DNA of 64,000 bases from the human T2T-CHM13v2.0 reference genome, Homo sapiens. Each line of letters starts with the position of its first letter. Within the stretch, counting starts at the first letter, position 1. The DNA lies in the NCBI RefSeq assembly GCF_009914755.1, contig NC_060940.1; one strand, written 5' to 3'. Below are positions 44,737-64,000 of this stretch, piece by piece. A program made the position numbers and the translations under genes. The notes beneath the pieces were generated by a model. It did no database searches, had not been told where the DNA came from, and saw nothing but the letters and a program-made list of their open reading frames with translations.

Positions 44737-45172
44737 TAGGCTCGGCTAATTTTTTTGTATTTTTAGTAGAGATGCAGTTTCACCATATCGGCCAGGCTGG
44801 TCTGGAACTCCTGATCTTGTGATCCGCCCACCTCAGCCTCCCAAAGTGCTGGGATTACAGGCATGAGCCACTGTGCCCAGCAAAAAATTATTTTTTAGAG
44901 ACAAGTTCTTGCTATGCTGCCCAGGCTGGAGTGCAGTTGCTATTCACAGGTGCAATCCCACTACTAATCAGCACGGGAGTTTTTGTTTGTGTGTTTGTTT
45001 GTTTGAGATGGAGTCTTGCTCTGTCACCCAGGCTGGAGGGCAGTGGCACGATCATGGCTCACTGTAGCCTCAAGCTCCTAGGCTCAAGCCATCCTCCTGC
45101 TTCAGCCTCCTTAGTAGGCTGGGACCACAAGTGTGTGGCAACACGCTCGGCTCATTTTTAAAGCTTTTGTAG

Positions 45173-45358
<186 letters not shown>

Positions 45359-47979
45359 TGAGGACAAGCATGGAAATGAGATGCTGGATGGACACTAACA
45401 ATTACTATCCAACGTGATCAATGGTATAAAGAGCCGAGTTTACTGAGCGTTTACTATGGGCTAGGCCATGTTATAAGCACGTTGCCCTGCTCTTTCTTCG
45501 TCCTCACAGCAACCCCCTGAGATATCACTGGCCTCATTTTGAAGATGAGGAAACAGAGGCTCAGACAAGTTCAGTCATTTGCCTATGGTCACAGCAAGCA
45601 AATGGCAAATTTGGGATTCACACCTGGGAGCTCTAAGTGTAGGTCTATAGGGGCACATCCCAGAGGGCTTCCTGGAGGAGGTGACACTGCCCCCTGGAGT
45701 AGTACAGAAAGGGTAGTTGAGAGAAGGGGAAGGTGTCCTAAGCAGAGGGAACTGCCGATAAAGTCCGGGAGGTGACCAGCCTGGCACCCTGGAGGGGTTG
45801 CAGGTAGTTGTGGGGCTGGAGCTGGTGCAGTGCCTGGTCTAGGCTCCTCGGTGGTGGGCAGAGCTGGTGCCCACCCACTCCTTCCTCAGAGGGTGGTCCC
45901 TGCTTACCATTCTCAGGGGCTCTGGCTGGGCTGGGCGGAAGGGGCAGGACAGGACTCAGGGCAGGCAGGAGTCCGAGGCTGCAGGGAAGCCATGAAGGCA
46001 CCATTGCACTCCAGCCTGGGTCACACAGCAAGAACCCATCTTAAAAAAAAAAAAAAGACCCAGGGCAGGACCCCACCTTGCCTGGCCCTTGGGACAGCGT
46101 TGAGGCAGGAGCACCAGTCATGGAGGGGCAGGATTGCATGATGAGTCTGCACAGGCTGCCTGAGTTTGCCACCTGCCCTGTCCTTTGCTGGCTCTGTGAC
46201 CTCGGGCAAGTCACTCTCCCTCTCTGAGTCTCAGTTGCCCCATCTACAAAACAGACAAGAGCAGCTCCTGGGCTTTTGTGAGGATCAGATTTCTTAGCAG
46301 ATGCAGAGGGCTTAGTGCAGGGCCTGGAAGTAAGTATCTGTGGTGTCAGCTCTTATTAGCACTGAGACAGCGACCGTCAGCAAGTTCTCTGCTTTCCTTA
46401 GGGGGAGGGGAGCCCGTGGCAGTTGCAGGGCTAGTGTACCCCCCGGCCACCCTGCAACACCTTGGGATCAGGCCTCGGCCCTTCCCTAGGGCCCAGCCCC
46501 GCCACACACTTGGGTCTGAGCCTACTGGGGGTGTCACAGGCAGCTCCCGGCAGCCGGGGGAGGGGTGGGAACCAAGAGAAGTGGTGACTAAGACGGGAAC
46601 CTGAAATGCACTCACATGGAGGCCTCCCCCAGGGAGGTGGGTTTTCACTCTGCTCTGGTGGGTGACTCATGCGGGGGCAGGCACGGAAGGTGCCAGGACA
46701 CAGGGGTGACGCGCATCCCTCCCAAGAAGCTGGTGGTGCAGTGGGTTGTGGAGGGCTGGTGGTGTCTCCCAGATTCTGGGGGCGGAGGGATAGACTCTGT
46801 GACTGGGAGGCCTGGAGTCAGAAAGATCTGGGTTCCAGTTCCAGCCCTGTTAGCTTTGTGACCTTGGGCAAGCAACTTCCCTTCTCTGTGCCTCAGTTTG
46901 CCGGTCTGTAGCATCAGGTTCATCTCACATCCACATCCCAGCACTGAGTCCATCCTATTGTGCTTTATTGGCTCTTGGCCACTCCCCTCCTCAAGAACCT
47001 GCACTGGCTCCACATTACCCAACAACGAAATGCAGCCCTTCTCTGTTAGGGGTGGTGAGAAGGGCCAAGGAGGAAACACATTTATGGAATATCTGCTCTG
47101 GGGCCTTGGGCTTATTTATTTATTTTATTATATTTTTTTAGGGTGGAGTCTTGCTATGTTGCCCAGGCTGGAGTGGAATGGTGCAATCTCAGCTCACTGC
47201 AATCTCCACCCCCCAGGTTAAAGTGATTCTCCTGCCTCAGCCTCCTGAGTATCTGGGATTACAGGTGCCTGCCATCCTGCCTGGCTTATTTTTATATTTT
47301 TAGTAGAGACAGGGTTTCACCATGTTGGTCAGGCTGGTCTCAAACTCCTGACCTCAAGTGATCCACACACCTCGGCCTCCCAAGGGAGGGGATTACGGAT
47401 GTGGGCCACTGCACCTGGCCCTGGGCTTATTTGAACCCCACACAAACCTATTTTACTGCTGAGAAAGCCAGCTCCCTGCAGGTGTCCAAGTCACCCAGGG
47501 CCACTCTGGGGGCAAAGCTGGGCTTCAAACCCTTGTCCGTCCCTCTCCATCCCCCAGAGTCCATCTCTCTCCTGCCCACACAGCTTCAAATCCAGTCAAT
47601 AAAATGGCAGGAGTTTAAATGTGAGCATGTTTTTATTACAAAGAAGAATAAAAGAGAAAAGCAGAGAAAACTACCAATTGCTCTTCAGGGTCTCACCTCC
47701 TCGCAGGTAACATATGGTGACAATGTCTGGCTTACTCCTGAGTGCTGACACCAGAAGACAGCTGTTAAGAAGAGGTGGTGGGTGTCCCCTCCCCCTTGCC
47801 CTTTTAGCCAAGCTGAACCTTGGTGACACTATGAGTAAGTTATAAACGTACCTTAACTCGGCTCTGGGGTCTTCATTCTGTGCCTCCTAACTTACATGTA
47901 TGTTACATGCCATTTTGTGTGCACAAAATTGTTTGTAGAGGCACCAACCCCTGACGGTTTCAAAGATGAGTCCAGCGGA

Positions 47980-50960
<2,981 letters not shown>

Positions 50961-50975
50961 TAGAAATGAGTCTGA

Positions 50976-51404
<429 letters not shown>

Positions 51405-51520
51405 AAAAGTTACTTCTGATGCATTCTTTAACTGGGTAACTATAGGAGAATGCACTCGACCAAAACAAGAAAACAAGCCAAGTAAGAGGAACATAATGGC
51501 ATCTAGGAACAGGAGATTCA

Positions 51521-52006
<486 letters not shown>

Positions 52007-53234
52007 CTAAGTGAACACCTTGAGAAATGATATAAACAACTGATGGAGAGATTTGGGTTGAGTTAATAAGCACATCGAATATGCTAAGCAAATGAAAAAA
52101 ACGAAAATGACTAACCCATGGAAAACAAAAATTGTGCAGAAAGGAAAGGTAATAATAATTTATTATATAGCTTAGCTCTGAGTTGAGTTTACATGTCATA
52201 ATAATATTTGCTAAGATTTTTGGATGGGTAGTTTAGTTTTTCATCAAATTTAGGATGCTTTCAGTCATTACGTGTTTATTATTATTATTTTTTGATAAAT
52301 AATAATAGGCCCCAAACATCGTGGGGCCTGATTCTTCCTCTTTGTTCCAATGGCCCTGGGTGACTCAAGTGCCCATTCAATGACCAGGACACAGAGGTCT
52401 TAGAGAGATGCTCCATGAGGCCCCAGGTGTGAGCCTGTACCCTGCCGGAGCATGAGGCAAGGGACAGGGCATCGTCTGTGGGGATAGTGGGGGTAGTGGT
52501 CAGCCAGGCTTGGTGACTCTACTTGCTCACCAGATGATCCTACACCTGCCACCTCCGATGGATCCACTGCCTCTGTGCCTGCCTGTACTGCTGATGCTCC
52601 AGTGGATAACTCAGCATCCCAGCCTAGGCCCAATGCCACTGAAGATGGACCTGCACCCTGGGGACCCAGGAGTCCTACCACTCAGCTGTCCCCAGGAGTG
52701 CCCAGACCCTCATTCTTATCCAGGACCTAGGAGCCCTACCCCCTGGCCTTCCGTCATCAGCCGTAAATGATGATATACTGCTGTTACCATCATCACTGCC
52801 TTCAGTGACCAAGGGCCTTCCAAGGTGCCAGCTCTGGAACGAAGGATGCCCTTGGGAGGTGATGACACTCAGGTACACGGGTGCTCAACAGATTGCTTCC
52901 TCCTATCCTCAGATGGTCTTTGCATGCATGCAGCCATTGGCACTCCCATTGTACGCAAGGAAACCAGCCCAGGGTCACACAGCTGGTCAGCAGCAACACA
53001 GCTGGTCTCAAATCTAAGGTGCCTGGCCATGCCTCCATGAGGGACCGCCTGCAAGGGAGGTTGATCTTGGCTTTGGGGAGCCTTTCCTGGGCTGCACGAG
53101 TAACCTCCAATGTTCGAGGCCCCAAACTCTGCTCACATCTTCCTTTCCCTGTCTCTGCTTGGGCTATGATCACGGTGACTCTAGCAACCCTTCATGGACA
53201 TTATAGTACTCTCTGCCATTCACTTTTGGCCTAA

Positions 53235-53577
<343 letters not shown>

Positions 53578-53681
53578 TGAGCCACCATGCCCAGCCAAAT
53601 CTAGGGCTGGAACATGGCTGCAGCATATAAATAGAATTGAATTCCATAGTTTTGTTAACCCTGTTTTTTGTTTGTTTGTAG

Positions 53682-53840
<159 letters not shown>

Positions 53841-54967
53841 TAATTTTTGTATTTTATTAGAGACAGGGTTTCACCATATTGGCCAGGCTGGTCTGGAACT
53901 CCTGACCTTGTGATCCGCCCACCTCGGCCTCCCAAAGTGCTGGGATTACAGGCGTGAGCCACCACACCCAGCCCCTGTTTTGTTTTTGTTTTGCTTGTTT
54001 CTTAGGGTTGTTTTTCTATTTATGGTAAAGGCATTGGCTTTCCATTTGTAGCATCAATAGAATATTTCCTGTTTACAATAACCTTATGTCATAGTAAATG
54101 GTAAAGGGATTTAAAGCAGTGGTTTTCAGCTGCCAGAGGCCTGAGTGAGTTTGGGCACACTCTGTGTGATCAGGCAGAAGGCCTGTGGGAAGTTTAGCTG
54201 AGGACAGGGTCAGGAAAGGTGATGGACAGTGGGGGTCTGTCCTGGTCACCAGACCCCTGGGTCCTGCCCACCTGCTTGGAGCTCCCCACCCATCACACAT
54301 GATGCTGCCAAGCCCTCTGGGTATTGTGGGCAAATACCTTAGGAGAGAAGCTGATGAACTTTGTTTCTTGAAATGCACAGATTCCTTGGACATCCCTGAG
54401 AGGTCAGTCATGAAGGTCAACTTGGTTTTCTCCCCCTCATTTGGGTTCAGAATTTAAAGTCCACACACACAGGCAGTAAGATGATATAGATAAGGACATC
54501 ATCACTCGGTTTCGGATGTTAAAATGTCTAGGTGGGTTAGGGGTGATTTGAGATCACACAACCTTGTGCCACAAAGAGGAATTCCCAGGTCAGAGGGAGA
54601 CATTTTATTGCCATGTTATGATCTTATCATTGAGTTGAAAGGCAATCTTGTTTCATTTTGGATTCTTTCTTATGTTTATGTCTTATAAGGGCACTTTGAA
54701 TTTCCAAGCAAATAATAATTTTGAATTGGCTTTTAATCATTGACTTCTAGCACAGTTATATGATCAGAAACGTGCTGTGTGATTTGATTGCTCTCAAATA
54801 TATTGAGATTTGCTGGAACAAAATAAGTCAGGTTAATTTTTGTAAATGTACCATGCATGCTTAAAATGAATGTATCTACATTTGTTCCTGAGATACAGGT
54901 TGATGGACGGATGGCTACATGGATGTGATGGAGATGGTTTACTATCGGGACCTTCCGCATCCTGCTG

Positions 54968-55030
54968 ATGTTTTGTTGCTTAGGATATGAATGGCTGAGC
55001 GGAGGCTGTAAAACCTGGCACTCTGCTTGG
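54968..55030 (+). CDS. NPIPB10P: NPIPA-type first coding exon ([21 protein letters not shown]); acceptor at 54897-54898
   Basis: Matches the recalled NPIPA1 N-terminus; phase-0 donor GTATGA at 55031 is in frame with exon 2. Confidence 0.75.
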
Positions 55031-55530
55031 GTATGAGGTTCTTCCTGCCATCCTGCCATCATTTGTTTTTTATGTTTTGTCGCCAAAAGTGACCTTGAGG
55101 AACCCTGGGAGCTCAGGAAGGAAGGAGCGCCCAGAAGCAGGGACAGGGAGCTGGTTGGGGAGGACCAGAAATCAGGTTTGTGAAGGTTCCAGAGAGGACC
55201 TGTCCTTGCGAGGAGTGTGGGAGACTGAGATGGGGGAGGGGTCATTGGAATGATGCGGGCGCTACTTGGCATTGTCCATTGTGAGGCACCACCGGGGTCA
55301 TCAGGGATTGGTGGAGAGGGAGTATAAAGCCCCAGGTTTGCTAAGGGAGGGCCCAGACCGAAGAAGGTTTGGCGGATAGCAGAACCTTTTTGTCTCCCTC
55401 TGATTGCTCCTAAGCCTCACGCTCCCTTGCCCCGCGTGTCCTGTTGCTTCCCTGATCTTCTCCGTGACCTGTAGCTAAACCTTCCACCAGCGCTTGAGAA
55501 CTTAATTTGAACCGGATCCTTTCCCAGACC

Positions 55531-55745
55531 CCTTTCTTCTTCTCCTCCTCCTCCTCCACCTCCTCCAGGTGCCCAACAGCCCCCTTCTCCTTTCCCTTCC
55601 CCTCCCCCTCCCCTTCCCCTCCCCCTCCCCTTCCCCTCCCCTTCCCCTCCCCCTCCCCTTCCCCTCCCCCTCCCCTGCCCCTCCCCAACTCAGATCCGCC
55701 CCGGTCCCCGTCCCCTTCCCTCCCCCCTGCCCTAAGCCACCTCCA
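55531..55745. repeat. Polypyrimidine (CCCCTT/CCCCTC)n tract immediately upstream of the NPIPB start
   Basis: About 100 bp of almost pure C/T hexamer-like repeats within a larger C-rich block. Confidence 0.85.
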
Positions 55746-55788
55746 CCTCTGTCCTGGCCGCCTCAGGGCGCCCTGAAAGGACCAGGAC

Positions 55789-55854
55789 ATGCGGCTGCGC
55801 TTTTGGCTCCTCATTTGGCTCCTGCTGGGATTTATCAGCCATCAGCCCACCCCT
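55789..55854 (+). CDS. NPIPB10P: NPIPB-type first coding exon, signal-peptide-like (MRLRFWLLIWLLLGFISHQPTP)
   Basis: ATG at 55789, basic N-region plus hydrophobic core, GTGAGT donor at 55855. Matches the recalled N-terminus of NPIPB6-B9-type proteins; paralog name inferred from position downstream of LAT. Confidence 0.85.
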
Positions 55855-56456
55855 GTGAGTAGACGCTGGACCCGCGGGGTTTCTTCCTTTTTACTGGGCT
55901 GTGTCACGCGGCATGAAATTACACAGCTCAGGCCTGTAATCCCAGCACTTTAGGGGGCCGAGGTGGGCAGATCACTTGAGTCCAGGAGTTGAAGACTAGC
56001 CAGGGCATCATGGCGAAACCCCATCTCTACAAAAAATTCCAAAAAAGATTAGTCGGGCCTGGTGGTGCGTACCTGTTATCCCAGTTACTGGAGAGGCTGA
56101 GGTGGGAGGATCGCTTGGGCCCAGGAGCTGGACGTTGCCGTGAGCTGAGATGGCCCCGCTGCACTCTTGTCTCTAACAAACAAAATGGACCAAAACAAAG
56201 TGAAATGTCATTTGATTTGTGTCATCTGGTTTGATGACTTTTTTTTTTTTTTTTTTTTAGACAGAGTCTCACTCTGTCGCCCAGGCTGGAGTGCAGTGGC
56301 AAGATCTCGGCTCACTGCAACCTCCGCTTCCGGGGTTCAAGCAATTGTCCTGCCTCAGCCTCCTGAGTAGCTCAGATTACAACGCCTGGCTAATTTTTGT
56401 GTTTTTAGTAGAGACGGGGTTTCACCATGTTCGCCAGGATAGTCTCCATCTCTTGA

Positions 56457-56807
<351 letters not shown>

Positions 56808-57254
56808 TAGTAGAGATAGGGTTTCTCCATGTTGGTCAGGCTGGTTTTGAACTCCCGACCTCAGGTGATCCGCCCGCCTCGGCCTCCCAAAGCGTTGGGA
56901 TTACAGGCGTGAACCACCGTGCCCAGCCAAGATCTACACTATTATGTCACCCCAGAAAGTGAACTCTCACTCTTCCCAGCCAGTCTCTTTCTTATCATAG
57001 GTTAGCTTGCTTATTCTGGAATTTCGCGTATACAGATGCATGCCATGCCATAGGTACTCTTTTGTGTCTGCTTTGTTCTGCTCAACACCATGTTTCTGAA
57101 ATCATTACCATTGTTGTATGGTTCTCTAACTCCATCATTTCCATTTCAGACTCAGCATATGCTGAGTTCAACCTGTTGAAGGGCTATCTCTGTTTAATTC
57201 ACCATCTTGAAAGAAACATTTAAAATTGAGATGTTTTCAAGAATATATAGTTAA

Positions 57255-57629
<375 letters not shown>

Positions 57630-58125
57630 TAGGATGGTCTCAATCTCCTGATCTCGTGGTCCACCCACCTCGGCTTCCCAAAGTGCTGAGATTGCAGGCG
57701 TGAGCCACCACACCCGGCCCACCTTGTTAATTTTTAAGCACTAAAATTTGATACTTATTTGTGAATGAAGTAATCTCTTCATTGTATTTTTTTTTTTTTA
57801 CTTATGCTGAGCTTCAAATGACAAAGATTCATATAATCCAAGAGAGAAGTATTATTTAGAGGGATTCTTTTACCATGTGATATATAATAAATGCATCCAA
57901 TGTTATACATCAATTTAAAAAACAAGTAAATAACTTTAAAGAAAAGATAACTACTGGCCAGGTGCAGTGGCTCACACCTGTATTCCCAGCACTTTGGGAG
58001 GCCGAGGCAGGTGGATCAAGAGGTCACGAGTTGGAGACCAGCCTGGCCAAGATGGTGAAACCCTGTTTCTACTCAAAATACAAAAATTAGCCGAGTGCGG
58101 TGGCAGGCGCCTGTAATCCCAGTTA

Positions 58126-58254
<129 letters not shown>

Positions 58255-58264
58255 TTACTTTATA

Positions 58265-59107
<843 letters not shown>

Positions 59108-59345
59108 CTTTATACCAAGAAAGACAACACCCCACATTTGCAATGCCTAAAAACACTACCAGCCATCTGAAAAACATGAGACTTCTAACTTCTGTTCTTT
59201 TTTGTAGCAGTGGAATCCCACGGTGATATCTGAGGGATGTGGTTACCTTTTGGAGGAGGTTGACGGTTTCTAAGGATGATTCTTTCTGAGTGAAATATTG
59301 TCGGTGTCATTGACCTTTTCATTATTTCAACTATTATTATTCCAG

Positions 59346-59528
59346 GTTATCAATAGTCTGGCTGTCTATCGTCATCGTGAGACTGACTTTGGTGTAGGAG
59401 TTCGAGACCACCCTGGCCAACATGGCAAAACCCCATCTCCACAAAAATTGGATAATTTGATAATTATCATTATTGGGTTTCTGAGACGTTACACATTTAA
59501 CATTCTCTTCTGCACAAGTTGCCTTTGT
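59346..59528 (+). CDS. NPIPB10P: NPIP exon 2 ([61 protein letters not shown]), 183 nt
   Basis: tccAG acceptor and GTGAGT donor, phase 0/0, no stop; NPIP family signature VIN.L..HRHR.TDFG. Confidence 0.9.
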
Positions 59529-60701
59529 GTGAGTATACTAACTTTCTGTAGAGGTATACTTGTAATCACAAATAAGAATAAATTATATAAAACAATTCAC
59601 GTTTCTGGACTTCATTATGAATATGTGGTTTTACCCAAAAAATCAGGGAAATGATTTATTAGCATAAGAATTATGAAAATGTCTGCCATTTACATTATGA
59701 AAATTAAATAGGTCGGTGTTTGTTTAATAGAATGTCAACAGAGCTTTTGGTCAAAAATAAGTTTTTTTAGCCTTTGTGCTATTTATCACAAATGGAGTAT
59801 GAGGTTTCGTCACTTAAATAGGAAATTCTTTCTAAACTCTTCTGCTTTATAGTTCTATCGTATGGGTGGAAGGAAAGCTTCCAATCTCCTCTCTGAAGAT
59901 TCACTGCAGAAATGAGCTGACAACAGACAGCTTAACAGGAAAAGAAAAACATAGAACAGGCATAAACATGGGAACCAGCTGAAAAATGAGACTGCTAGAA
60001 GGGCCGGATGGTTGATGCTTAAAGAGCACCCTCTTCTGAGGGGAGAGGGAGATAGATGGAGATGTAGGCCATTTAGAGGGGCAGCAAATGATTTTTAGGG
60101 GAAATGAAAGAGGCCAAGGAACAAACAATTGGCCTGAGACAAAGTTCCTCTGAGGTCATAGGGACGAGGTGACAAACTGCCGGAAGGTGAAGGGCAGAAC
60201 TGCACTGCGTCTCATGATGCAGAGAAAGCCCCAGAGAATCTCTTAGAACTGCCCTCCAAGAGAATCAATGAAAAGTGTGTCTGGGCAGGGTAATTTTGAA
60301 TGACATCATTCAAAGTGCATGTTCCCACTTGCAACTGGAGAGAGATCAGTATGTCAAAAGTCTGTACTTGGTAAGAATTTGGCTGCTAAGTTGTGCCATA
60401 ATTTGTCTTTTGAGCCTTTTTTCCTTTGGGTAAGTTGAGCTCTACATTTTGTCTTGCCATTCATGACAGTAAAAATGTGGTTTTCTGGGGGCTGAACCTC
60501 CTGAACAATGATCCAAGATAAAAGTACTAATACCACAATGCTTTTTTATATTCAAGGGAAGAGGAAGTATGTTTCAGTTTTACCACCTAGATAATTACAC
60601 GTCATTTGGCACTGCCTTTCAAGATATGTAGAAAACAGAAAATATATGAGTTATGAAGATATCTAGGCACACTTAACATTCTCTATGCCACTTAGTCCTG
60701 A

Positions 60702-61025
<324 letters not shown>

Positions 61026-61411
61026 TGAGCCACCACGTGAGCCAGGGGAAGTTTTTAAATTTACCACTTTTTAACAGTTCCATTTAGGAAAGTTCAGTTG
61101 AGCTGCTGGACTTGGACAACTTCGCACCTCTCATCTTTGTCCTTGTCATCTAGTCATCTATACCATTACCTCCTAAGCAGGGACATCATGGGTGCCATGA
61201 AGCATTCATGCGTGATGGCATTTCTTTGCTTGTCATTTCTTCATGTGTTTGACATTTCTCCTAGCTCCAAACTGGGCCAGCTACCTTTCCTATGAAATCT
61301 AGTAGTAGCTGTGGGATTGACGTGGTTGCTCTTTTCATCTTTTTAGATTACCCATTGCTTCTCTCGAAATCCTAGTACATGATTTTTTTTTTATCCTATG
61401 TGCAGAAATCA

Positions 61412-61732
<321 letters not shown>

Positions 61733-62155
61733 TCAAGAAAAAAGTCATTTCAATGACTACCTCAGGAGATTCATAGGTATCTGACCCACATCTGAGATGG
61801 GATTTGCATTGCATTTTCGCTATGATGAGAACAAATATTTAATATCTTAGAAGATTAAAAGCATACTGTGATAATATGGAAATCTTGGTGGGAATTCAGT
61901 CATTAGTGAGAATGTTTTGCGTTAAGTTCAAACCAGCCTCAATGAAGCTGATGTGAGGGAAGGGAAAGTGAACTCTGAGTAGAGCAGGGACAGAAGGAAG
62001 ATGCTCCAGTGCAGATCAGGAAGGAGCAGGGGGTGAAATGTTACAAATTCTAGAACTCAGAGAGCTGAAGGTAATTACTTCCTTTTCAAGTTGTGAAACA
62101 TGTTAACCTGTGGGAAAATACTTATAAGATGATAATTACCATCTAACCGTGTTGA

Positions 62156-62469
<314 letters not shown>

Positions 62470-62488
62470 TGAGCTACCGCACTTGGGC

Positions 62489-62525
<37 letters not shown>

Positions 62526-62816
62526 AGACAGAGTTTCAATTTTGTTGCCCAGGTTTGGAGTGCAATGGCACAATCTCAGCTCACCACAACCTTTTCCTGC
62601 TGGGTTCAAGTGATTCTCCTGCCTCAGCCTCCTGACTAGCTGGGACTACAGGCATGCACCACCATGCCTGGCTAATTTTGTATTTTTAGCAGAGACAGCG
62701 TTTCTCCATGTTGGTGAGGCTGGTCTCAAACTCCCGACCTCAGGTGATCCGCCTGCCTCGGCCTCCCAAAGTGCTGGGATTACAGGAGTGAGCCACCGTG
62801 CCAGCCTCATGTCATT

Positions 62817-62819
<3 letters not shown>

Positions 62820-62853
<34 letters not shown>
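62820..62853. repeat. (TG)n microsatellite at an Alu tail
   Basis: About 17 TG units. Confidence 0.9.
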
Positions 62854-62855
<2 letters not shown>

Positions 62856-63160
62856 CAGAGTCTCATTCTGTCGCTCAGGCTGGAGTACAGTGGTGTGATC
62901 TCGGCTCACTGCAACCTCCGCCTCCCAGCTTCAAATGGTTCTCTGCCTCAGCCTCCCGAGTAGCTTGGATTACAGGCGCCCGCTGCCATGCCTGGCTAAT
63001 TTTTGTATTTTTAGTAGAGACAGGGTTTCACCATCTTGGCCAGGCTGGTCTTGAACTCCTGACCCCGTGATCCACCTGCCTCGGCCTCCCAAAGTACTGG
63101 GATTATTTATACGCATGAGCCACCGTGCCCAGCCGTCATTCTTATATTATTATTTCCTAG

Positions 63161-63260
63161 GTGTCTCTCCTGAAGACTATCTTCTGGTCTCGAAATGGAC
63201 ATGATGGATCCACGGATGTACAGCAGAGAGCCTGGAGGTCCAACCGCAGTAGACAGAAAG
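63161..63260 (+). CDS. NPIPB10P: NPIP exon 3 ([33 protein letters not shown]), 100 nt
   Basis: cctAG acceptor and GTATGG donor; NPIP motif [13 protein letters not shown]. Confidence 0.9.
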
Positions 63261-63372
63261 GTATGGCTCTGTTGGAGTCCCCATAGTGTGGAAATGAGTT
63301 TGCCCTGGAAAGGGAAAGAACAGCTTCTTGACCTCAGGTTTCTCACCTTCTCCTCTCCTCACTCTCACCAAG

Positions 63373-63568
63373 GGCTGAGGTCCATTTGTATGCACACAAA
63401 GAAAAGAGTTTCTTCCTTTCGAGGAAATAAAATTGGCCTGAAAGACGTCATTACTCTACGGAGGCATGTGGAAACAAAAGTTAGAGCTAAAATCCGTAAG
63501 AGGAAGGTGACAACGAAAATCAACCGTCATGACAAAATCAATGGAAAGAGGAAGACCGCCAGAAAACA
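63373..63568 (+). CDS. NPIPB10P: NPIPB exon 4 ([65 protein letters not shown]); gene continues beyond the window
   Basis: caAG acceptor at 63371-63372, GTAAG donor at 63569; in frame with exon 3. Confidence 0.9.
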
Positions 63569-63786
63569 GTAAGATGTGCCTTGACACAAATACTGTTGTA
63601 TGAACCATGTGCCAATCAAAGTAGACAACTGTAAAGTCCTTGAGAATATTTTCTACAATATTTGTGGCAAATTCAGTGGGCTCAAAATTGAGTTTGTCCT
63701 TTCTGCTTCATTAGTTTAAGCTGTATAATTCCTTTCCCTTCCTACATTCTTGTTTGTAATTTTTTCGGGGGAAGAGGAGTTGCTAG

Positions 63787-63999
<213 letters not shown>

Positions 64000-64000
64000 T

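Noticed and set aside
46470-46680. AP-1 (TGACTCA) and EBF-like motifs in a unique GC-rich island
   Set aside because: Short motifs are expected by chance; no independent support from sequence alone.
55410-55862. G/E/R-rich and P/S-rich ORFs on both strands
   Set aside because: Artefacts of the CCCCTT low-complexity tract.
59870-60350. Possible ERV1 internal-sequence fragment in NPIP intron 2
   Set aside because: Resemblance was too vague to assign a family or boundaries without a database search.

Overview
Human (or great-ape) genomic DNA from distal 16p11.2. Bases 1-1.7 kb hold the last four coding exons of SPNS1. Bases 1.9-7.9 kb hold the complete LAT gene (233-aa CDS in 11 coding exons, plus an upstream alternative exon and a retainable intron 6). 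About 44 kb of gene-free, very Alu-dense DNA follows. It contains a 5'-truncated HERV-L provirus (pro-pol-dUTPase, MLT2A 3' LTR), MaLR/ERV LTRs, old L1/L2 fragments and a consensus-like young AluYa5. From ~52.3 kb the window enters an LCR16a/NPIP segmental duplication with two alternative first coding exons and exons 2-4 of an NPIPB-type gene (probably NPIPB10P). Most notable observations: (1) 52 bp of NPIP coding exon 2 is an exact copy of one specific intronic Alu ~950 bp upstream; (2) three further locally templated insertions sit inside Alus at 10-15 kb; (3) an open frame links the SPNS1 last exon through its 3'UTR into LAT; (4) LAT intron 10 is in frame and stop-free, like intron 6; (5) a polyadenylated MER41 retrocopy; (6) tandem hairpins at the probable duplication boundary. 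Repeat family and paralog names come from recalled consensus sequences and need database confirmation.
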